DNA from: a virus
Lineage: Duplodnaviria; Caudoviricetes
DNA: 64,000 bases
Strand: one strand, 5' to 3'
IMG/VR virus record: IMGVR_UViG_3300028591_000086
Location: 96,001-160,000 of that record
Part shown: positions 1-10,101 of the stretch, one piece after another
How the letters are laid out: every line of letters starts with the position of its first letter
Numbering within the stretch: position 1 is the first letter of the stretch
Program-made: the position numbers and the translations under genes
The notes under the pieces: model-generated
What the model saw: only the letters and a program-made list of their open reading frames with translations
What the model was told of the DNA's origin: nothing
Databases searched by the model: none

Positions 1-383
1 CGTATAAATGCTTCATATCTAATAAATATATTATTTTTGATATGGGTCATCTCATCTCCAAATATCTTAGATAGAGAATCCATTTTACTCATCAACGATA
101 CTTTAGCTCTATTATATTTAGGCTTATTAATCGTTATAGAACTAAATTCTATTCGTTCAGATATAGTAGTTACAGAATTCTTACCGTAATACAACATTAC
201 ATCTAATGGTATAATCGTTGCTTTTATCTCGATATATCCTAATGTAGGAAGGTATTCTTCTTGATCAACAGGTTCATCATAGTAATGAATATCGAATCCC
301 CAAATAACTTTTCCTATACGTTTATTAAGGTCTTCATTTACTCCACAATGACTAGTATATTCTTCTTCGTTAAAATCAGGCAT
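1..383 (-). CDS. hypothetical protein, runs off the window edge (MPDFNEEEYTSHCGVNEDLNKRIGKVIWGFDIH...)
   Basis: Not in the ORF track; manual translation from ATG at 383 is open to position 1; GAGG RBS upstream, directly after the stop of 386..949. Confidence 0.8.
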   Translation of the reverse strand, partial: MPDFNEEEYTSHCGVNEDLNKRIGKVIWGFDIHYYDEPVDQEEYLPTLGYIEIKATIIPLDVMLYYGKNSVTTISERIEFSSITINKPKYNRAKVSLMSKMDSLSKIFGDEMTHIKNNIFIRYEAFI

Positions 384-385
384 AA

Positions 386-949
386 TTATTTCCTCGCATT
401 AATTCTTTCAACATCGGTTTTAAGTATTTCTATTAAATCTTGTCTTGATATTTTTTTCGTATCTTTAACAAATGAATTCAATGAATCAACCAAAAATCTA
501 GAAAATTCTTCATAAGATAAAGTTTTAACTCCACGTTTTCGTTTCTGCTCACTATCATTACCGAGAAACCTCATCCAATAAAGTTTAATTTTTCTCTTTT
601 TCTTATCAATGGATATACTATTCACAACGTGTCTTGTTCTTGAACGCTGCGATATATTTTCATTAATTATCATTTTAGACTCTAATCCAAGCAATAAATA
701 TTCTTGTTGATCACCATATAGCTTTCTAAATTCACTAACTGAACCGGTATAGTTATTCAATATCATTTTTCTAGCAATTTTAAATGCTTCTGGCCAAGAC
801 TCTATACAAAGAATGCGTTCTTTTAATTTATCTAACGTATATAGATTTCCCCCAGATTCAACCAGTAAATACTTAATCTTGTTGTTCAACCCACTAGGAT
901 TACGATGGTGTTCCAGATTTCTTTTTCCTTTATTGATATTTAATGCCAT
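386..949 (-). CDS. hypothetical basic protein
   Basis: 187-aa ORF, AAGGAG RBS, tightly packed in operon. Confidence 0.8.
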   Translation of the reverse strand: MALNINKGKRNLEHHRNPSGLNNKIKYLLVESGGNLYTLDKLKERILCIESWPEAFKIARKMILNNYTGSVSEFRKLYGDQQEYLLLGLESKMIINENISQRSRTRHVVNSISIDKKKRKIKLYWMRFLGNDSEQKRKRGVKTLSYEEFSRFLVDSLNSFVKDTKKISRQDLIEILKTDVERINARK

Positions 950-962
950 TTTTATTTTCTCC

Positions 963-1649
963 TTATTTTTTTATTTGTCGTGAAATTTCTATTAAAGCTT
1001 TTTGGGACATGTGTCTTTTACATATCATATCGATATTCTCTTTATCTAATCGTATAATATTTATTTCTTGTCGCAATTTCCGCGGTTTATCACAAAATGT
1101 TTCATCCATTACTGGGTTCGCATAATATACGTCAATATTAGAATTTCGTCGCCCTGTATCACAGTTATCGTTTAAATCTTGTCGTAATCGCTTATGCATT
1201 TCATGCATTTCATTTTCTTTATTTGCATATTCGCCAAGAAATTCACTTAAATCATATAAAAATTCATGTATACGTATATCAAACATTGGGATATTCACAA
1301 ACACGTCAAATATTTTTCCTAATGTTGTGTGACATTCATATCTTTCATCCATTGACGTCACATATCCTATAGAAAACGACAAATTTATAACCGAAGTCAA
1401 TACATGTATGATTGCTTCGAAATATTCCCATTTAAGTCCATATATTTTATCTATATATAATTGTCTATCGTTATCATTTGTAACGTGTTTAATAAACTGT
1501 AATATATCTCGAATATATTTATATTGTGGTAAAGTCACTTCATATGACTCGCGATAAGATTTTGAAGATAATAATATCTTATCATAGCATATTTCTTTAC
1601 TACACACCAATTTATCTAACTCATATAGTTCTTTATTTATTATATCCAT
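963..1649 (-). CDS. hypothetical protein
   Basis: ORF track 963..1670; ATG at 1649 (MDIINK) preferred because GGAG lies upstream. Confidence 0.75.
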   Translation of the reverse strand: MDIINKELYELDKLVCSKEICYDKILLSSKSYRESYEVTLPQYKYIRDILQFIKHVTNDNDRQLYIDKIYGLKWEYFEAIIHVLTSVINLSFSIGYVTSMDERYECHTTLGKIFDVFVNIPMFDIRIHEFLYDLSEFLGEYANKENEMHEMHKRLRQDLNDNCDTGRRNSNIDVYYANPVMDETFCDKPRKLRQEINIIRLDKENIDMICKRHMSQKALIEISRQIKK

Positions 1650-1689
1650 AGTTTTTCTCCATAAAAACAATATATAAATAAAAAATAAC

Positions 1690-1711
1690 TAGGAGCCTTC
1701 AAAGGCTCCTA
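1690..1711 (-). terminator. intrinsic terminator
   Basis: TAGGAGCCTT-CA-AAGGCTCCTA hairpin with A-tract on the left (U-tract on the minus strand). Confidence 0.75.
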
Positions 1712-1728
1712 TTAATGGAAATATTTAA

Positions 1729-1947
1729 TTACTTTTCCTGAGCAGCACGAATGCGTTTAAGATTTGCTTTTTCAAGATTTACGGTTTTAACCTCGATCTT
1801 AAATGGATGACGCTGTGCGTTCATACCAATACAAGTAGCAACACCTTTAGTTGCATCATAATCTTCAACACTCATAACTGTTGGATTTGGTGAATTTTCT
1901 TCCTGTTTAAGGACAACAGGCATACCGATTTCACAAGCAGCTCTCAT
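1729..1947 (-). CDS. small protein, possibly YodC/DUF2158-like
   Basis: IGMPVVLK...PTVMSVE...ATCIG...LEK resembles the GDVVxLKSGGPxMTV...CxWF...L pattern; by eye only. Confidence 0.45.
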   Translation of the reverse strand: MRAACEIGMPVVLKQEENSPNPTVMSVEDYDATKGVATCIGMNAQRHPFKIEVKTVNLEKANLKRIRAAQEK

Positions 1948-1948
1948 T

Positions 1949-3514
1949 TTACACTACCTCTTCTTTATTAGTTTTTTGTTTCATCATTAACAATGACATT
2001 AATGACGTAATCTCATCTTTAATAAGACCGAAATTACTATTATAATATGAATCTCCGCCTCTGTCAAGCATAAGCGCTGATGGTGAGATTCCTGCTTTGA
2101 ATGCTTCAATAACGCATTTTTCTTTAAGCCAGAATACAGACAAACAGTCACCATCGAAGTCACCATTTAATTCTGGAAGACTTGAAAGTGGTACAGCCAA
2201 TGTTCTGTCTTTTGGATCAGGAGATATTTTATTTACTTCAAAATACTGTAAACTTCCTAACGCTAAGCTAGGCGGTCTAAGTAACAAGATTGAGTTGTAC
2301 TCTCGTTTATTGAGCAACAATTGACATGCTTCCCAACACAACGGATCGATCTCATCACTGTATTGTGCTTTAGTTACGTAATCAAGTACTTCATATACAG
2401 TTTTGAATTTAAACGAAGGATCTACTAATCCACGTTTCAACACGTTAATTACTTCCAACAGATTAAGTTCCAAAAATCCTTTATAAGACATTTCAACTTT
2501 ATCCATGGAAGCGTCTGCGTCTACATACGAACGTATTACAAATCTTGCTGAAAAATTCATACGATTACCTAATACGGCACCACGTATGAGTTTATTCTTA
2601 CCAGACAATTTAGTTTTAATAGTTGTCTGATATAATTCTTGAAGATTTTGTTGAATATCAAATATGATATTCAACGCTCTCCTCAATTCAACTTCTTTCT
2701 TAAGAGCACGTTTAAGAAGATTTACATTCGTAAGAACCTTAATATAAACCTGATTAAGTTTATCAAAAGAAACTGAACGTTTCTTAGATGAAACATATGT
2801 CGGTCTTAAATACACTGACGATACTGGAATTTTTGATGAGAATACTAAACTTTGATTTTCAATAAGATATTTTGCTTCTTCATGAAAACCTTTAATACTG
2901 TCATAATAATTTATGATTTTAACAAAATTCTGTCTGAATTCGATCATACCAGAATTAGCAAAAGGAACAGTTTGTTTTGTTTGATATCCTCGCTTAGTTA
3001 AAACCTCTATAGTATCTCCATTCTCTTTAAGATTACCATCCAGGTCTATATGAATATCATAAGACAATATTTTCTGGAGATTCTTTCCACCAATTACTTT
3101 AGCTATGAGTTCATATGCACTAGGATTAATTATATAGAACGGAGCTATGTCTATCCAACCTACACGACTAATATCCATAGAATATCTAGATATTACTCTT
3201 GTATTGCAATTAGGACAAACACATCCTTCAAAAAACCGTCCTGTCATTTCTCCACATTCACATGAAAATTCTCGTACATCTTTATCAGTATCAGTTATTT
3301 CACCAAGACCTTTATCGTATATAGAGTTTTCAACAGAAGTAATACTTTGTTTGTTGATACATACAGAATTATCTATCTCAACAAGCTTTCCTTCTTGTGT
3401 TTCTTTACTCCAACGTGCTTCCCAATTCGCTAAATCGAATGTGTGACCCACTACTCTTCTTGTTGGCGTAGAATCTTTTTTAATATTAGTAAATGGTTTA
3501 ATTTGAGTTCCCAC
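1949..3514 (-). CDS. split RNA polymerase beta' subunit, N-terminal/catalytic half (probably non-virion RNAP)
   Basis: Zn finger CECG...CPNC; RGAVLGNRMNFSARFVI (=RQNLLGKRVDYSGRSVI); LLRPPSL (=LNRAPTL); catalytic NGDFDGD; ends shortly after the active site. Confidence 0.93.
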   Translation of the reverse strand: MGTQIKPFTNIKKDSTPTRRVVGHTFDLANWEARWSKETQEGKLVEIDNSVCINKQSITSVENSIYDKGLGEITDTDKDVREFSCECGEMTGRFFEGCVCPNCNTRVISRYSMDISRVGWIDIAPFYIINPSAYELIAKVIGGKNLQKILSYDIHIDLDGNLKENGDTIEVLTKRGYQTKQTVPFANSGMIEFRQNFVKIINYYDSIKGFHEEAKYLIENQSLVFSSKIPVSSVYLRPTYVSSKKRSVSFDKLNQVYIKVLTNVNLLKRALKKEVELRRALNIIFDIQQNLQELYQTTIKTKLSGKNKLIRGAVLGNRMNFSARFVIRSYVDADASMDKVEMSYKGFLELNLLEVINVLKRGLVDPSFKFKTVYEVLDYVTKAQYSDEIDPLCWEACQLLLNKREYNSILLLRPPSLALGSLQYFEVNKISPDPKDRTLAVPLSSLPELNGDFDGDCLSVFWLKEKCVIEAFKAGISPSALMLDRGGDSYYNSNFGLIKDEITSLMSLLMMKQKTNKEEVV

Positions 3515-3604
3515 TTCTAAGTCCTTATTTCTATATTTGTGTTTTTAAAAAATATAGACAATATTTTATTATTGTCTATATTTTATATAAAGTCCAATTA
3601 ACGA

Positions 3605-4687
3605 TTAGACTAAATTACTTGCGGTATTCATTCCAGGCATAGCTGTGGTACCGGTCATCCCAGGCATGTTCATCATACCGTAATTCATACCCATCATACC
3701 AGGCATTCCCATGCCCATTCCCATCATAGGGTTCATACCACCCATGTTATTCATATCAAAACCAGTCATCATGCCATTCATAGCACCAGGCATTCCCATG
3801 CCCATTCCCATCATAGGGTTCATACCACCCATCATCATAGGATTCATTCCGCCCATCATACCAAAATTCATTGGCTGCTGCTGACCGTTACCGTTTTTAT
3901 TCATCTTAGCATAATAATCTGTCTGATAGAGACTCTGTGCTACATAATACAGATTGTTGAAAATCATCGGATTTCTATTTGACATATTGCAAATAGAATT
4001 GAATAACGCATTTGTAAGAATATCTTCAAATACTTTATCTTCTGTGAAATCAATTTCAACACCATCATTGATAATAAGTGTGAGATAGATAATAGGATCA
4101 GTCTGATAGATATATGTCTTAAGATAATTCTTAGCATTTTCAACTTTATTATCTTCAGCCTGAGTATTTGTTGGCTGCTGCATCTGGTTCATGCCCATCA
4201 TACCCATACCATAATTCATACCCATCATACCAGGCATTCCCATGCCCATTCCCATCATAGGGTTCATACCACCCATCATACCCATACCAGGCATACCCAT
4301 AGACATGCCCATACCCATCATAGGATTCATTCCGCCCATCATGCCAGGATTCATATTACCACCCTGCATCATGAGATTACTACGAATCTGGTTTGTCAAA
4401 TTCATAGCATTAAGAAGAATGTTCTGAGCACGAATACAGAATTTTTCGTCACCAGCATCTTCAATCATCTGAAGAATACGTGTTGACAACTGTTGTGAAG
4501 TGAAAGGATCTGCACAATACAATACAGGTCCAATCTGACGTGAGATAGTTTGAAGAATGTCTTTCTTGTCAAGCGATTTGATGACATATCCGATAAACTG
4601 AAGCATCTGATATTTCTGCATCATTGCCTGTTGTTGCTGCATGAACTGCTGCTGTTTCTGAAGTTCTTCCTGATTCTGTTTACTCAT
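3605..4687 (-). CDS. Met/Gly/Gln-rich low-complexity repeat protein
   Basis: 360 aa, GGAGG RBS; two GGMNPMMGMGMGMPG repeat blocks separated by non-repetitive segments. Confidence 0.85.
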   Translation of the reverse strand: MSKQNQEELQKQQQFMQQQQAMMQKYQMLQFIGYVIKSLDKKDILQTISRQIGPVLYCADPFTSQQLSTRILQMIEDAGDEKFCIRAQNILLNAMNLTNQIRSNLMMQGGNMNPGMMGGMNPMMGMGMSMGMPGMGMMGGMNPMMGMGMGMPGMMGMNYGMGMMGMNQMQQPTNTQAEDNKVENAKNYLKTYIYQTDPIIYLTLIINDGVEIDFTEDKVFEDILTNALFNSICNMSNRNPMIFNNLYYVAQSLYQTDYYAKMNKNGNGQQQPMNFGMMGGMNPMMMGGMNPMMGMGMGMPGAMNGMMTGFDMNNMGGMNPMMGMGMGMPGMMGMNYGMMNMPGMTGTTAMPGMNTASNLV

Positions 4688-4755
4688 AGTAATTTTACCT
4701 CCAACTTGAGTTAAATACGTTTATTCTCATTTTTAATGTGATATATTATTTATTT

Positions 4756-4801
4756 TAAAATTAAAGTGCTAGGTTTTTAGTTAACTAGCACTTTAATTTT
4801 A
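4756..4801 (-). terminator. intrinsic terminator
   Basis: TAAAATTAAAGTGCTAG...CTAGCACTTTAATTTTA inverted repeat right after the stop of 4803..8438. Confidence 0.7.
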
Positions 4802-4802
4802 T

Positions 4803-7800
4803 TCATTGATTCATCATAGGGTTCATTCCACCCATCATAGCAGGATTGAAAATGTTTCCATTACCATTCTGCTGTGACATATGTGTCATCATATCCATCA
4901 TCTTCTGCTGATATTCATCATTCATGATTCGTCTAAATAAGTCTTTAGCTTCAGGTGAACCATTTACAATATTAGCATATCTTGACATGAGATTAGGATT
5001 CATCATTACATTATTCATTCCCATGCCCATTCCACTATCGCTTACCATCTTAGATGAATTGAACATGTTTTCATCTACACGTTCTGTAAGACTATATGTT
5101 AATCCATCTGTCATCATAGCGTTTACAGTGGTTTGATTTACAAAGTACTGTTTTATTTCAACCTGTGTTGCTTCAACGTAACCCATGTTCTGGATAAATT
5201 GATTTCTAACCTCAGGTTGTCTAATCGTATTTGCCAAACCAGCCTGTTTAATTTCATCAGCCATACGTGTTATCAGTGATCCAGTATTAAACATTCGTTT
5301 ATCCTGTCTCATATAATCAATATCTTTACTTCCTCGATATTCAGGACGTCTTACATATGAATATCTCAATTCACGGTTAACTCCATTCTGAACATACCGT
5401 GTTCCTTCAATAATGCTTCTGTAAGTATTATCAAGTTTACACAGTAATCCTCTCTCAATACATGTTGCGATTGAAGGAGAAGGGAATAAGTTATTATCGA
5501 TATCCACAACAATGTATGGAGCAATTGTAGAGAATTGTGGATATTTGATGAGATATTCTTTGAGCAAAGCTCTAAGACACTGATTAAATCCATCTGCTAT
5601 TATAGAAGATCCAACTTCAACATACTCAGTAATAGTATATATTACTCGATTTGTTTCTGTATTGAATGATTCTATATATTTAATACTAGCAACCATGAAT
5701 TCGTTATAATCAGATGCAAGAGAATCCAAGTTGTTAACTTTAGCATTCTTATTTTCCAATTGCATTCTAAACTTAAGAACGTCTTTAGTAGTTGCTTGTG
5801 CAGATGAACTCCATCTAGCAATAATACCAACGTGTCCATTAGATGGTTTTCTAGATGGGAATGTTGAATATCGTTTATCAAAATCTCTGATATACTGATC
5901 ATTCTTAGTATATTGGAATATAAAATTATCTTGTAAAACAATTCGTTTTCCTTTATACGCCAATATCTCAGGATTGATATATTTAACAAGAGCTTCGAAA
6001 GTTGCTTCTTTAGCGTATATTACAGAATCACTGAACAACACAACCCACTTATACTTCTTTCTCTTTCTCTTGAGTGTTCCAGTTCCGTCGTCTTCAGCGA
6101 TTTCGTTAAAGAATGAGAAAGGAACTCTTGGGTTAATCCAGTCATATTTAACATTATACAAATCCGAATCATCAAGATTTGAACAAATGATACGAATACC
6201 ACTTTCAAAATCTACTACAGGAATTTCATACGAATTCTCATTTAAAATGAGTTTATATGGTACATCTGTTTGTGCACTAAGCTGTTCTATGAAATCATAG
6301 AATACAGTTTCTTCAAATTCCTGAGTCAATGATTTTTCACGTTCGAATGGATTAATTTTTCCATTCAGTTTAGCAATATCGTTTTTAGAAAGTTTAAGAT
6401 CAGGCGATTTCACGAAAATAGTTTTACGTTTCTCAGCCTTTTCTTTTCTCTGTCTTTCAAATTCAATATCACTAAATGTATTGGTTGCTTTATCTGAATC
6501 AAACATTGAAGCATCGTATTCTGTTCGTGTATTAAAAATGTTTCCTTTCTTAGTTTTTGGTTTTTCAGAAGTTTCATTTTTAACTTCAGATTTAACAGAT
6601 TCTTCAATTTTAGAATTCATTGATTTAGGTTTAAGAACAAATGGTTTTTGTTCAGCCGTATTAGGTTGCTGATCTTTTTCCAATTCAACAACAGGTTTAA
6701 CTGATTCTCCAGATTTAACAGATTTAAAAATCTCGTCTTCTCTTGCATCTCTACCACTGTTCTTACCGCAATATCTTGAAACAATATCTGAATATTTAAG
6801 AGTTTTCTTGACCCCATTACATGAACATTCGAACTCTTCGTTCGAATCACGTATAAACAGATGTTTATCTTCGTCAATAATTTTGAAATGTGAACGATCG
6901 GCAATAGCTTTAACAGTTTTCTTATGGTATTCATTTACTTTATTGTGAAGTAAAGATTCCATACATGAAGGACAGTTTACTACTAACGTTTCTGTTCCAT
7001 CTAAATTATTTCGTTTATCAGAGAAATCAATACCATACATCGACGATATTTCTTCCAGTTTGCTTATTTTTACAAAATCATCCAATGAATCAAAACTTAC
7101 TTCTTTATGACAAGTTTTACATTTTGCAAAAAGCTTACCGTTTCTACATTCAAAAGAATCGGTATCGTATGGTATATATTTCAATTTATCAACCATGAGA
7201 TGCAAATCATTGTTTATGATTGTAGACAGATCATCTGCATCATAACATTCATCTCCAATCCATACAACGTTAGGATTGTCGTCATTTGCTTTCTCAAGTT
7301 CATCTTCTGGTTCTTCAGTTACTGAAAGTTCAGACTGTTCAGACTCAGGTTCTTTATCATCTTCCAATGCTTTGAGGGCATCTTCTGCTTCTTTAGCTTT
7401 AAGATTAGCTTCAGCAGCAAATTGTTCTGCTGTTTCTTTAGCTTTATTAGCGGCTTCAATTTCAGCAGCTGCTTTAGCCTTTTCAGCTTCAAGTTCTGCT
7501 TTCATTTTTGTTTCCATCTCAGCTTTTGCTTTAGCTACTTCTTCAGAAGCTTTCTTCTGAGCTTCACGCATAACTTCTTGTTTAGCTTCTTCAATCGCTT
7601 TTTGTTTTTCTATTTCAGCTACTTTCTTAGCATTTTCAATAGCTTCAGCTTTTTCAGCTTCAATGCGTTTGATTTCAAGTTCATTATTAATAAAGCCACC
7701 GTTCTCTTCAAGTTCAGTATCGATATCTACATCCTCATCATTTTCTTCTTCAACATCGATAATAGCATCCGAGTCATCAGCCATATCATCACCATTATCT

Positions 7801-8438
7801 TCAATTTCAATAGATGGAGAAACTGCTTCTTCAGAAATAGATGCCGAGTAATCATCATCTGATGCCATATATTTTGAAACATCATCATCTATTTCTTTAT
7901 TATCTTCCCATTCCTGATATTCACGTTCTTCTTCATCTGCATTATCGTGAACAGGTTCAGATGGTATTTCTTCAGATGCAACTTCTTCTTCAACGTCTCT
8001 AACATCAAGATCAAATTCACTCATATCGATATCGTCGTCGTTATCTATATCGACATCATCTTCTTTCTTTTCACCTTTCATTTCATCAATTGCTTCTTTA
8101 ACTACATCGATTCCGTGTTCTTTAAGAAGTTCGATTCCTTTAACACGCATATTTTCTTTCTGTTGAGCTTTAAGTTCATCATCTGAAAGAGAACCACATC
8201 CTGTACACACAAATCCATTAAAATATATCGAATTTAACAAGGCAAATGGTGTCATAGTAAATTGTCTACCACACCTCATACATTCACAATTAATTAATGC
8301 GGTCTTATATGGAATCGGTTTAGTTTCATCCTCCAACAACAATCTAGTTGGACATTCTGGTCCATATTGATTGTGCAAGATATTGTTGATATCTTTGGCG
8401 GTTATTATCGGTTTATTCCACTCAAATTCATCAGCCAT
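4803..8438 (-). CDS. large multidomain protein: CxxC zinc ribbons, acidic region, coiled coil, degenerate Hef-like endonuclease/GNAT-like module, Met/Gly tail
   Basis: 1211 aa, AAGGAGG RBS; CMRC..CTGC and CKTC..CPSC; D/E-rich and EAEKAKA-type segments; C-terminus AMMGGMNPMMNQ. Confidence 0.8.
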   Translation of the reverse strand: MADEFEWNKPIITAKDINNILHNQYGPECPTRLLLEDETKPIPYKTALINCECMRCGRQFTMTPFALLNSIYFNGFVCTGCGSLSDDELKAQQKENMRVKGIELLKEHGIDVVKEAIDEMKGEKKEDDVDIDNDDDIDMSEFDLDVRDVEEEVASEEIPSEPVHDNADEEEREYQEWEDNKEIDDDVSKYMASDDDYSASISEEAVSPSIEIEDNGDDMADDSDAIIDVEEENDEDVDIDTELEENGGFINNELEIKRIEAEKAEAIENAKKVAEIEKQKAIEEAKQEVMREAQKKASEEVAKAKAEMETKMKAELEAEKAKAAAEIEAANKAKETAEQFAAEANLKAKEAEDALKALEDDKEPESEQSELSVTEEPEDELEKANDDNPNVVWIGDECYDADDLSTIINNDLHLMVDKLKYIPYDTDSFECRNGKLFAKCKTCHKEVSFDSLDDFVKISKLEEISSMYGIDFSDKRNNLDGTETLVVNCPSCMESLLHNKVNEYHKKTVKAIADRSHFKIIDEDKHLFIRDSNEEFECSCNGVKKTLKYSDIVSRYCGKNSGRDAREDEIFKSVKSGESVKPVVELEKDQQPNTAEQKPFVLKPKSMNSKIEESVKSEVKNETSEKPKTKKGNIFNTRTEYDASMFDSDKATNTFSDIEFERQRKEKAEKRKTIFVKSPDLKLSKNDIAKLNGKINPFEREKSLTQEFEETVFYDFIEQLSAQTDVPYKLILNENSYEIPVVDFESGIRIICSNLDDSDLYNVKYDWINPRVPFSFFNEIAEDDGTGTLKRKRKKYKWVVLFSDSVIYAKEATFEALVKYINPEILAYKGKRIVLQDNFIFQYTKNDQYIRDFDKRYSTFPSRKPSNGHVGIIARWSSSAQATTKDVLKFRMQLENKNAKVNNLDSLASDYNEFMVASIKYIESFNTETNRVIYTITEYVEVGSSIIADGFNQCLRALLKEYLIKYPQFSTIAPYIVVDIDNNLFPSPSIATCIERGLLCKLDNTYRSIIEGTRYVQNGVNRELRYSYVRRPEYRGSKDIDYMRQDKRMFNTGSLITRMADEIKQAGLANTIRQPEVRNQFIQNMGYVEATQVEIKQYFVNQTTVNAMMTDGLTYSLTERVDENMFNSSKMVSDSGMGMGMNNVMMNPNLMSRYANIVNGSPEAKDLFRRIMNDEYQQKMMDMMTHMSQQNGNGNIFNPAMMGGMNPMMNQ

Positions 8439-8589
8439 TTTATATATTTCCTCCTTTATTTGCTTTATTCTATATAAATAGAATATACACTTTATTTAAG
8501 GTTTATATTTTTCCGTAAATGTATAATCGTTAAAAAGTTATACAAACTATTAAAAAACATACATTAGACGCTAATTATTAATAAAAATC

Positions 8590-8601
8590 GACATATTAAT
8601 G
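8590..8601 (+). promoter_or_regulatory. late-type phage promoter (xACA-N6-TG)
   Basis: GACA-TATTAA-TG ~35 nt upstream of 8636; the motif recurs upstream of many units. Confidence 0.55.
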
Positions 8602-8635
8602 AATTTCAAATTCTAATAAATTTAGGAGGACAATT

Positions 8636-10099
8636 ATGTCTAGCCTTGTACAAAATAATAATGCTTTGGTTTTTGGTTCACAAAATCCATTTAGAAATTA
8701 TGTTACGGAGCCAGGTCTTAAAAATACATTCATGCATCTTTTATTAGACAAAAGCTCTAAAATATACAGAAGCCGAAGTTGGAACGTTTTCTGTTTAGCT
8801 AACAAGATTTTTCCAAATAAAGTTGCTGAGATTAATGAAAATATTCGTTACGGAATAGGTAAACTTATTGATCCTTTCATAGGATACAATTTACAGAAAA
8901 CACACGATCAAATTTATTCTACACAACGTCAAAAATACGTTCAAGGAGAAATCGCGTTAACCAACGAACTTGTAAAACTTACAGGTATCAAAAATACTTT
9001 AGTAATGGTTATTGATAATGAAATTGAACATTATGGAACACGCCATGGTATCATAACTTATATCACAAGAAATATGGTAAACGGTTATTCAAGCGAATTA
9101 ATTGCTTCATGGAGTAATAAATTCTTCAAATTCAATGAACCTGATGAATTATCAATGGTTATCGCTATTCCTAAACAATACATTGCTACTGTTGTTGAGA
9201 ATGTATTTGCTGCATCTTCTAAAGAATTAAATAGCATCAGCACAGATAAAATAATCATAAAAGGAAATATGGTAGATGAAATCTCGATAGATTTAATTAA
9301 ATCTATTTTCTCATCAATCTATTCAGACGGAATAAGATGTCGTGTAATCAGTGATATCTTGTTAGCTAATAAACTCCTTCAAACCGAAGGTATGAATATT
9401 ACTGCTACAACTAATGCTAACGACACATATGAAGCAATTAAAGCCGGGGATGTATTTCAGAAACACGCAGAAGCATTACACCAATTCAAAAAATCTTCTA
9501 ATGATGAACATCTCGTTTATGAAATGCTTCAATTCATTAATGAAGGTGCTTCTTCTGCTAAAATAAATCCATACGAATTCTACACATCATTTATTGATAC
9601 TCCATACGCACATATGGAAAATATTTTCAGTAAATGTGGTTCATTCCAAAGATTAGAAGGACAACATATTTCATTCACAGAATTCAATTTCTCTAATAAC
9701 TTATCGGAAATGGACGCTTTCTATGCCGATAAAGATAGAGATATTATACTGTACGGAATCAAACTTATTAGATATCTTCCATTCGTATTATTCAATACTT
9801 ATATAATCGGTGGCGGTTCTGCTCATATAGAAACAAAACAATTACTTGAAAATGCTAAGAAGATAATGGTTTCTATTTTAGGTTACAGAGCATCTAATTC
9901 ATGGAGTGCTCCATTAGTTAACTTTATCGTACAGAATATTAATTACCTTATCGATAAATTATTTGTTGAATTGTCTTCACCTATAACTGTAACTTCTACT
10001 ACAAGAATTGCCCTTACTACCGCTATTAGAAAATTCGGTATTATCGATGAAAACAGAATAGAAGTTCCAAAAGACATTGAAGATCCTGTATCGGAGTAA
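8636..10099 (+). CDS. hypothetical protein (possibly virion)
   Basis: 487-aa ORF, AGGAGG RBS, late-type promoter. Confidence 0.8.
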   Translation: MSSLVQNNNALVFGSQNPFRNYVTEPGLKNTFMHLLLDKSSKIYRSRSWNVFCLANKIFPNKVAEINENIRYGIGKLIDPFIGYNLQKTHDQIYSTQRQKYVQGEIALTNELVKLTGIKNTLVMVIDNEIEHYGTRHGIITYITRNMVNGYSSELIASWSNKFFKFNEPDELSMVIAIPKQYIATVVENVFAASSKELNSISTDKIIIKGNMVDEISIDLIKSIFSSIYSDGIRCRVISDILLANKLLQTEGMNITATTNANDTYEAIKAGDVFQKHAEALHQFKKSSNDEHLVYEMLQFINEGASSAKINPYEFYTSFIDTPYAHMENIFSKCGSFQRLEGQHISFTEFNFSNNLSEMDAFYADKDRDIILYGIKLIRYLPFVLFNTYIIGGGSAHIETKQLLENAKKIMVSILGYRASNSWSAPLVNFIVQNINYLIDKLFVELSSPITVTSTTRIALTTAIRKFGIIDENRIEVPKDIEDPVSE

Positions 10100-10101
10100 A
10101 A

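Noticed and set aside
261-515. 84-aa plus-strand ORF
   Set aside because: Overlaps two well-supported minus-strand genes
7107-8186. Several plus-strand Ser/Phe-rich ORFs
   Set aside because: Antisense shadows of the E/K/A-rich region of 4803..8438; the same applies to most short overlapping ORFs in the track
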